From Pseudovirgaria hyperparasitica (lineage: Eukaryota), in NCBI GenBank assembly GCA_010093815.1, contig ML996565.1: a DNA stretch of 64,000 bases; one strand, given 5' to 3'. Each line of letters opens with the position of its first letter. Position 1 is the first letter of the stretch. A program made the translations under genes and the position numbers. Below the pieces are notes generated by a model. That model was not told where the DNA came from. It was given only the letters and a program-made list of their open reading frames with translations, and did not search any database. Positions 55,832 through 64,000 of the stretch are shown here, one piece after another.

Positions 55832-56622
55832 ATGGACAGCTCTACCGGCAATCCTTCTTTCGCTCCCGAATCCCCCGACCTCACAAACTTCTACCAAGAC
55901 GCTCCCGAGCCTGTTCCTGTGCCTCAGCAGCAGTACTATCGTGGCTCAATCTCTCACGCTCCTCCTTATACTCCAGGTTCACTCATTACCAACCAGCCTT
56001 ACCTCCCAGACCAATCCAACAGCTACGCCTTTCCACAACTGCAATCCCCCGGCACCATGCCTCCTCAGACTCGAGGGAGGAGGGTACAGTATGAAGAAGA
56101 TGACTATACACCAGAGTCCCCGCCAGAGCCTGCACACGACTACAGCAGCTTCCCGCCTGACGGCAATAGCGACAGCTCCGCGAATACAAACGCCGACTTG
56201 GGCATAATCGTGAAGACCAAGTTTCCTGTCGCAAGAATCAAGAGAATCATGCAAGCCGACGAGGATGTCGGCAAGGTCGCCCAGGTCACACCTGTAGCAG
56301 TCTGTTCGTTGCAACATCCCTAACATTTCCGAGGAACTCTGCTAACGTCTTCTCAGCGAAAGCCCTGGAGCTCTTCATGATCAACCTTGTAACAAAAGCT
56401 GCCTCCGAAGCCCGATCACGCGGCCAGAAACGCGTCACGCCTGCTCATTTGAAGCAAGCCATCACGTCCGACACGCAGTTCGACTTTCTCGAGGACGTCG
56501 TCAAGAAGATTGCCGATGCGCCCGCTGCTACTGAGAAAATGGACGAAGATGAGAGTGGTGAGCCCAAGAAGCGCAAGGGCGCAGGCCGGAGAAAGAAAAA
56601 AGAAGACAGCGAGGAGCTCTGA
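55832..56622 (+). CDS. BUR6: Negative cofactor 2 alpha (DRAP1/Bur6) histone-fold protein
   Basis: [38 protein letters not shown]...HLKQAI..FDFL; intron 56304-56356. Confidence 0.92.
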
Positions 56623-58049
56623 GTTCCTCCTGCCATAATCATGACTTGTATTGACATTTAGATAGCGCTGTCGTCGCCTGCTGAATAGCCTCCCCAGAAG
56701 AAATCTGTCTCCATAGATGTGCAAGCTGGGCGCTTTGTAAGCAGCATCTAGCATTAGTACGTGGGACGAGCAAGGAAGAGAGTAGCATCACAATCTCGCT
56801 ACAACAACATGGCGAGAACAGCGTTGAAAAGAGCGTACACGTCTCTCGAAGACGAGTCGTTCATGTGTCAAGAGAGTAGTTGGGGACAAAGGCCAAAGGA
56901 AAACATGCGATGAAGCATCTGGCAAAGGCACGCTTTTTGGGATCTGAGGAGGCAGACGAACACCCAGGTGTTACTCTTCGAGCATCGCCGCTCATACTGG
57001 AATCCTGGGTCTCCTCCACGTCCAAGAGATCTCACGTTCTAGATCAAGTTAATGCGCATCTCAACGGACGGAAACTTGAAACTGAAATCTGGAGGAAACA
57101 CAAAAAGCACACCCGGAAGAATCTTTTCTCATCGTAGGCCCTCAAAGCATCTCTGGTGGTATAAAAAAGCCCGCAGAGCTCGCTGAGGACAAAGAACTGT
57201 AACAACGCCAGGTATGACGTTATATGAGCTTGATATGCATACCACAAGCGACACAGCATATAATAAAACAGCGCCAGCAGTACCATACTCCATAACACGA
57301 GGATTTTATGTTCATACACACCTAAATTTTCTCTCTTAAAGTGGATCCATGATTGTTGACGTGATCTGCTTGGTTCTAGATAGCCCTGTTCATGCTAAAA
57401 TCATCGCATTTTTGTATTTCTGATACTTTCGCATATGCCTTATCGCGTTCGATGGTCAGCGTTTGAGGCTGTACAGCTCGTAGGTTCTGTGTCCCGTCGG
57501 CCTATCACGGCATCTACGTGTCTGTGTAGTGGGAACGTTTGAATATCAAGTAATTTTGAGCTTGTGCGAGCGCGTAGGTGTATTCAGGTCGCGTGTAGAG
57601 TGTGCATGTTGGATGTACAGTTACCAAAGCAAGAAGTATAAGGTGGCTTTTTATTCTCTGGTTACGCCGGGACACTACTATAGTATTCCATCTACCAAGA
57701 TCCCCAACTAGTGACCCACGCTTCGACTCTTCTGATGTGAGTGGCTGACGGTATTACCTAGACACCAAGATCGGGGCGCGTGAGTAAGCGCCACGAGTCC
57801 CGATTAGGCAATAAAATAATTTGAGACATCCTCCGCCAACGAAATCGACATCTTCCAACCACCTGAGACTGTAAAGTCACGCGTCTATCACTTCCTACAC
57901 GCGTCACTCGAGCTCTCCTAGCTCTCTGTCATCTCAAAGACACTGAAGACTACCCTCCCTTCTCCTTGTGATCCTTGACCACGAAGTTCCTCTCCTCAAC
58001 ATCCTCGACAACCTCATCCTCTCCTAACATCGCCTCCTCTACCACCACG

Positions 58050-59033
58050 ATGTCGAAAGTCACGCTCGCCGTCATCGCAGCAGCTTCCGCCGCCGCAGGC
58101 GCAGGCGTCACAGCAGCCCTTTTTTCAACCCCATCTTCCAAACGCGACCAAACACCCACAACGACCACAACCACAACAACCACGACCGGCGCTCCAGCAC
58201 CCTCTCCGATACCCATGCCTACCGGCGCCCTTCCACACCCAGTCGACCCAAACGGCATCTTCAAATACGGCTTCCCTGGGCCCGTCGCCGACCTCCGCCC
58301 GGCCGCCTCCCTAACCTCCTCCTTCGACCGCCGCACCCGCAATCCGCACTGGGTCGCCGAACACATCACCCCACACTCCCTCTCTCTCCACAACGCTGAC
58401 CGCAAACACTCCGTCTTCGCCGAAGACACCAGCATCCCGTCGCCCTTCCGCGGCATGCTCAAGGACTACTTCCGCTCCGGCTACGACCGCGGCCACCAGG
58501 TCCCGGCCGCCGACGCCAAATGGTCCCAGCAAGCCATGGACGATACCTTCCTCCTCTCAAACATGTGCCCCCAGGTCGGCGAGGGCTTCAATCGCGACTA
58601 CTGGGCCCATTTCGAGGACTTTTGCCGTCGCCTTACGACGCGCTATCCGTCGGTGCGAATTGTTACTGGCCCGCTGTACTTGCCTAGGCGCGACCCGGTA
58701 GACGGCAAGTGGCGCGTCTCATACGAGGTCATCGGTAGCCCGCCCAATATTGCCGTGCCCACACATTTCTACAAGGTTATCTTCGCCGAGGACGGTGCGG
58801 GCGCGGTCAATAAAGTCGCCGTCGGCGCGTTTGTACTGCCGAATGCGCATATTGATAATTCCCGCCCGTTGCAGGATTTTGAGGTCGATGTCGCGGTTGT
58901 GGAGCGCGCGAGTGGGCTGGAGTTTGGGAAGAGTCTGCCGCTGGAGAGTAGGCGGCGCTTGTGTCAGGACGTGCAGTGTAGTTTGATTGTCAAGGAGTAT
59001 AAGGAGCGGCAGAAGAGCTTTGCGAAGAAGTAG
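58050..59033 (+). CDS. NUC1: Mitochondrial nuclease (EndoG family)
   Basis: Active site YDRGHQVPAAD, FLLSNMCPQVGEGFNRDYW and VPTHFYKV; N-terminal Ala-rich anchor and Thr run. Confidence 0.96.
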   Translation: MSKVTLAVIAAASAAAGAGVTAALFSTPSSKRDQTPTTTTTTTTTTGAPAPSPIPMPTGALPHPVDPNGIFKYGFPGPVADLRPAASLTSSFDRRTRNPHWVAEHITPHSLSLHNADRKHSVFAEDTSIPSPFRGMLKDYFRSGYDRGHQVPAADAKWSQQAMDDTFLLSNMCPQVGEGFNRDYWAHFEDFCRRLTTRYPSVRIVTGPLYLPRRDPVDGKWRVSYEVIGSPPNIAVPTHFYKVIFAEDGAGAVNKVAVGAFVLPNAHIDNSRPLQDFEVDVAVVERASGLEFGKSLPLESRRRLCQDVQCSLIVKEYKERQKSFAKK

Positions 59034-59700
59034 GGGTTAGTGTGTATTATGGTATAGTGAATGAGAGGTGCAGGAGTGGGTTAGATGAGGAGGGTGTGAG
59101 AGAGCATTGCAGCGGCGTTCTTGCGTGCATGTGTGTCTCCGTGTGTATATATGTGTGCGTTATGTTCGAATGGTCACTGCTCGACTGGTAATATACCATG
59201 TATTGCATTGCATATGAAAGGGACAACACTACTTTGGGCATCATACACACAGATAAACAAAGCTAATCCCCTGCACCCCCCAGTATAATAATCATAACAA
59301 TACAGTACGGCGCCGTGATTGACCAGCAACAACGGCGCCCCCCTGCACAAGTAAATCTCATTCGTATGATGTGGGTCCAGGATCAAGAATCCAGGATCCA
59401 AACTCCACAGTCCAGCTGCTCTATGTACATACCGCATACCACATACTCCAGACTAAAAGAGACAAAGAAAATTACGATGCAGTAGTAGTGGTAGTAGTGG
59501 TAGTAGTGATAGTACAACAAAACAGTAAAAGAAGAGGGGGTATACCATATATGCTTCTCACTCGCGTGCTGCTTTAAATCACAGCACCCCCTGAGCTCAT
59601 ATCCACCACACATGCATGCATGCCCTTTCAGCATCTCTCGCCCACTGAAATCTCATGTCATGCAAAGAATTCTTACAATCTGCCTGCATAATCCGCGTCG

Positions 59701-59736
59701 CCTCCTCCTCCTCCTCCTCCTCCTCCTCCTCCTCCT
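59701..59736. repeat. (CCT)12 microsatellite
   Basis: Perfect trinucleotide run just 3' of ISY1. Confidence 0.9.
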
Positions 59737-59750
59737 GTTCATCATTTAAC

Positions 59751-60682
59751 TTAGCCCAACTTATCAAGTAGTCTGCGTCTGCGCCTTTCTACCAACTCTT
59801 CCTGCACTTGATCTAGATCCGGCAGATTCCATCCGATCCCATCTCCGGCATCACCGGGTAGTTCCACCCACTCTGCATCCACACCTTTCCGCTTCCTCGC
59901 GCTACTGCTGCTAGGCGTGCTATTGTGCTCTGCATCTGCGTCGCGCATCAGTCGTCTGTATGCCTCGTCTTCTTTCTTCGCCTCGTACGCGAGCAGGGTG
60001 CCGTCTTCTTCGTCGAGGTTGTAGCCGTAGTATGAGGCGTCTGTGAGGCGGGAGAGTGTGGCACGCGAGTGGTCGTGTTTATGCGAGGTCGGGGGTGCGG
60101 CGGCGGCGGCGAAGAGTTCGGCGACGCCGGGGAGGGTGCGAGCGCGGCCGAAGTAGCTGTTGTTCCTGTTAGATATTACGCTAGTGTATATAGGCGAGAG
60201 GAGAGTGGTGTATTCTAGTTATGAAGGTGGAGAGAGGAGAGCAAACATACCGATACCCCTTTTCACCACCCACAACCTCGCGGCCCTCCTCGTCCAGCAC
60301 CCGCCCGCCACGCATGTAGTTTGGCCCGCCCAGGTTACGGATCTGAATTTCCCACATGTGCTTCTCGCGCATGAGCTTGTTGATCTCGTCGTTGAGGTCG
60401 CGGATCTGGTAGTCGCTCAGGCTGTCCTCCTGAATCTTGGACACCTTGCGGCTGATCTCCTTGAGCACCTGGCCACGCCACTTCTCCGCCACTGGGATCT
60501 TGTCAATTGTGGTGATAGCTTTCGGCCGTCGTGTGCGGTTGATGTCGAGGATGCCCAGGTCCGCAGCTTGCTGGGCGCGGAACCGGAAGAGCATGGACTG
60601 CGCTTTTTCTGAATTGCGGGCCTGTAGAATGGGTTAGTGGTTGGGGGAGGGGAGGGTGGAGATTGGGCGCCGGACGAACCAT
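59751..60682 (-). CDS. ISY1: Pre-mRNA splicing factor Isy1
   Basis: MARNSEKAQSMLFRF, IRDLNDEINKLMREK, LGGPNY and GYRYFGRA; introns 60622-60679 and 60157-60250. Confidence 0.95.
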
Positions 60683-61382
60683 GGTTGCGGAGAAGAGGAG
60701 TGTAGATTATGTATGGTTAAGGTGTTGGATGTGAGGTTAGAGAGTTTGCACGGCGCCGGGCGTGATATGGTAGTATTGGAGATGGGAGGTTGATAGTCGT
60801 GAACTATGTGTCGCATGCGCGTTGGGCGAAAAGTCGCGTCATGTGCCTGCGGAGCGGGACGCGTTTCGGAGCGGTCGAGTGTACTGCTGGACCTCGTTTT
60901 CGCCTTACACCTGGAAGGAGTCATATCTCGGGCGGAGTTCACATAGTTCTCCCGCACTGCTGAGTCAATATAGTCATGCATAGACAGAGTCAAGAAGTGC
61001 TCAGATCCCTGCAGACTGGTATAGAGTGAGTACGGCTTAGGATACCTACCTAAACAATCGTCGTCGTTGATGCCATCTTGAGATGAGCTTCAAGTCGACT
61101 CTGGGATAATTACTCAATGCAAAGAAATTGCCCGACGAACTGTTCGCCACTGTAGATTCTATTGATAAACTATCTTACCGACTGCCTGGAAGCTCAAGAG
61201 TAAGGTGGTCAATGGTAGCATACTACTGACTCAGGGCCGAACTGTCAGTCATGTCACATCGTTGTCGTCCACGCTATACATGACGATGTCGGGCTTGACC
61301 GATGCACCTACGCGAGAATCTCGTTTCCAATAATACCCTTCGTTCAGCATTTCCAAGCTATTCGCTTCCAGGCTCATGCTGG

Positions 61383-62062
61383 TTATTCTCTCTTCTCTAG
61401 CGCCTTTCTCCGCATGCATAGATTCGCATATTGGCCGTGGCCCTTGATGTCAACCTCTACCTTCCCCACTTCTTCGAATCCATATTTCTGATAGAGTCCC
61501 ACGCTCACCGGGCTTGCCTCCAGATAGGCCTCCACACCCTCCTCATCTGCGCTTCGAACACCAGCGTCCATCAATATGGACCCTGCCCCTCGCTTCTGAT
61601 GCACGGGACTTGTTGCTAGGATCTCAAGGTCTACACATCGCATTAGCACACATGACTAGGGTACCAAAAAGAAGTTAGCTACATACAATAATGCCCTCGG
61701 GATCCCATGACACGCTCATGCTCCTTTGCCAATCCTGTGAAGAACCTCGTCGCCAGCTCGCTATCACCGTCCTGCGGCCATTCTGGCAAGGTCATATCAA
61801 TGCCCTTCCCATGTGGGCGGTTCCATTTTGCCCAGGCGACGATCTGTCCATCTTCTGGGAGAGAAGGGTCGACTACCTTCAAGAAGAGGGAGTTTGGATC
61901 TTGAATCTCGTCATTGAGCATGGCGGCCCACCATGATTGGACCGAGGTAGAAGAAGGAGGAAAGGCGACGAGTGCAAGGGGGTTGGTGAAGGACGTAAAG
62001 TATATGTCGAGTAGAATGGGTATATCAGCGGGTGTGGCTGGCAGAACTGCGAGGCTGTTCAT
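61383..62062 (-). CDS. GNAT-family acetyltransferase
   Basis: IVAWAKW, motif A LATSPVHQKRGAGS and motif B YLEAS...LYQKYGF; intron 61631-61686. Confidence 0.92.
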
Positions 62063-63837
62063 TATGGTGTAGAAGATTCCTCCAAGTTCGATTGCTAAGG
62101 TGCGAAATGAATACCAGTTGTGGAATGGTTCTTGCTACTGCCCTATAATAGCGTAATAACCAGTAAACTGTATATTAAACAATTAGCCACTAATCTGCAG
62201 TTTTATCTTGCTTAATCAGTGTCTTTAGGTATACCCGGCCAAGAATTGCTGGGTATAGCTAGCTACAAACACTCGGAGAATTACTCGTCGTGCTTACACA
62301 TGCCGAGGTATTATCTCAGGCTTCTTAGTTCGGCGTAGTGTGAGAGCTGACAGTTATATGCGCGCAGTGATGCAGTCTCTACATCGATCAGCAACGACAT
62401 ACACAATTCTATAAAACAAGAGCTCGAAGGAGTCGCCGAAGAGACCCATTCATTCTGTCGAGAATGTAGACTCGTAGACTAGGAAGACTCAATAGGAATA
62501 TCCAAGGGGTCTCTTGGAAATGTCACAGAGCAGCCTTCAAACCCCCTGACGTGAAGCTTACATGAGGCAGAATGGGATGTATGACAGGGCTGAAGACCTA
62601 GCATTCTTTGCAGTTGTTATAGGGTTCGTAGAAATAGTGTAACGTGTGAAAGTCGAGAGCCCGGAGCAAGGGACATGACATTGCCTTGTCGTTGTTGTTT
62701 CAGCCTTGACAGCGGATACCTGGTCTGGGACGATGACTGACTTCTCACTAGTGCCTAACATGGCTAGCGGTTTTTGCTGTGAACGACCTCCGAATGCCAA
62801 GGTATTACGACTTTAACCCATCTTCCCTGCTCCATCTCTTGAACGACTTCATCCGTCACACGCTTCCGAGGACTACTACGTCACGCAAGCTGTGCTAAAT
62901 GCATCAGTTTCACACACTCATTCCTCAAATATCTCAAATGAGTATGATTCCAAGATTCCGTGTTGCCTTTCGCTGTAGTCACAGTTGCAAGACAAGGAGT
63001 TGTCAGCGAAAGTTCTACGGTCATTATTCACTCAATGAAAACATTCACTGACTAGCATGACACCATGGGTCTCTTTGCGGCTGTTCCTGCCTTCCAGTGT
63101 CTTCCAAACCGATTTGAAAGAGGTCAGATGAAGCTTCAGCCATGCGCAGACTGGCGCCAGGGACCCTCTTCTCCACCAGGGCAAACCTGGATATCAACAC
63201 CGTTGAACTGTCTCGTACTACACTTCTTCTTAGTATTCTAATCCCTCGCGTGAAGACAAAGTAGCCTGATGGTTCCCAGGGCGAGGATGTTGAGTGTATA
63301 AGGTATCTTCTTCATTCTTCCCAAGACACCCGCAGTCCATCTTGCAGCCTTTCATTTTGCTTTCAAATTTCCTACCGTTCTCAGTCACGTCTAAGAGTCC
63401 GTGCATTCTGTTGTTTGTATATTTTGATGGTTAGAGAAGCCGCTTGCGTGCTAGCAGCAACTCACTTCGTTTGTTGTTGTTGTGATACACGCAAATCGAC
63501 ATTGTTATGCTGGAAACGGAAAATTTGCTATGGTCCAGCCAGTCACACATTGACATTGATGTCGATAGCCGATCAGTTTCCCGAAGTTTCTCGCCGTTGT
63601 GTGAGTCTTGTCTTTTCCCATCCCTCCACCGGCGCGAGGTGCATTTCCAGTCGCGTTGTCAACATCCATGTACTACGAGTCCCCCCATTCCTGACGTTGC
63701 TCACTGCATGCGTTGAAGCTACCGAATGCGGGACGTCATCTAACATCTCTTCCGTCTTTTAAGATACCTGTCTTGCTCGGATTCATGCCGCCATCATTCA
63801 GTCTCCTTCACGCAAACAAACATTGTTCGATCCCACT

Positions 63838-64000
63838 ATGTACTCTTTCCAAAGGCCTTACGGGCCGTCACCAGTGCCCTTCTATCATCATTACGTTCCG
63901 CAAAATCCGCAATATGCCCCTCAGCACAGGCTTCGATCTTCGTCTTCCTTCCCGGTTGCCCCTCAGACTATCCCTAAGTCACCGCCGAACTATGTCAATC
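63838..64000 (+). CDS. Possible 5' part of a Pro-rich protein running off the window
   Basis: MYSFQRPYGPSPVPFYHH... is open to the edge; the frame is also open from a CTAAC...AAG acceptor at ~63763, so it may be an internal exon. Confidence 0.4.
   Translation, partial: MYSFQRPYGPSPVPFYHHYVPQNPQYAPQHRLRSSSSFPVAPQTIPKSPPNYVN

Noticed and set aside
59480..59736. GTA/GTG and CCT trinucleotide runs (also TAT/TAC near 19957-19990 and GTGA near 17040)
   Set aside because: Ordinary microsatellites; no repeat-spacer architecture, so not CRISPR-like.

Overview
Gene-dense, intron-containing genomic DNA from a filamentous ascomycete (Pezizomycotina, probably a Dothideomycete; I cannot name the species). 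About 27 apparently intact protein-coding genes, mostly housekeeping: calmodulin, TLG2, MET2, CDC42, a Prr1-like kinase, POP3, PUS1, TFA1, a mitochondrial phosphate carrier, an F-box/WD40 protein, a cysA/cys2-type serine O-acyltransferase, PEX26, a PARN-like nuclease, a NOSIP-like RING protein, TAZ1, NC2-alpha, NUC1, ISY1 and a GNAT. There is one intron-containing tRNA-Phe(GAA). A more accessory block at 21.7-33.4 kb holds an alpha/beta hydrolase, a heme-thiolate peroxygenase, a 4-TM protein and a divergent pectin methylesterase / xylogalacturonan hydrolase pair. One SRPK-like kinase is pseudogenised, and there are a few TpA-rich relic tracts. I found no intact transposon, secondary-metabolite backbone gene or convincing new multi-gene system. 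The best leads are: (1) a calmodulin with five clustered C-lobe substitutions, including loss of Lys115; (2) the kinase pseudogene lacking its Gly-rich loop; (3) a 97-bp element with 12-bp perfect inverted ends; (4) a recurrent GATGCCTNAG promoter motif; (5) orphan ORFs. All calls come from manual reading and remembered family motifs; no searches were run.
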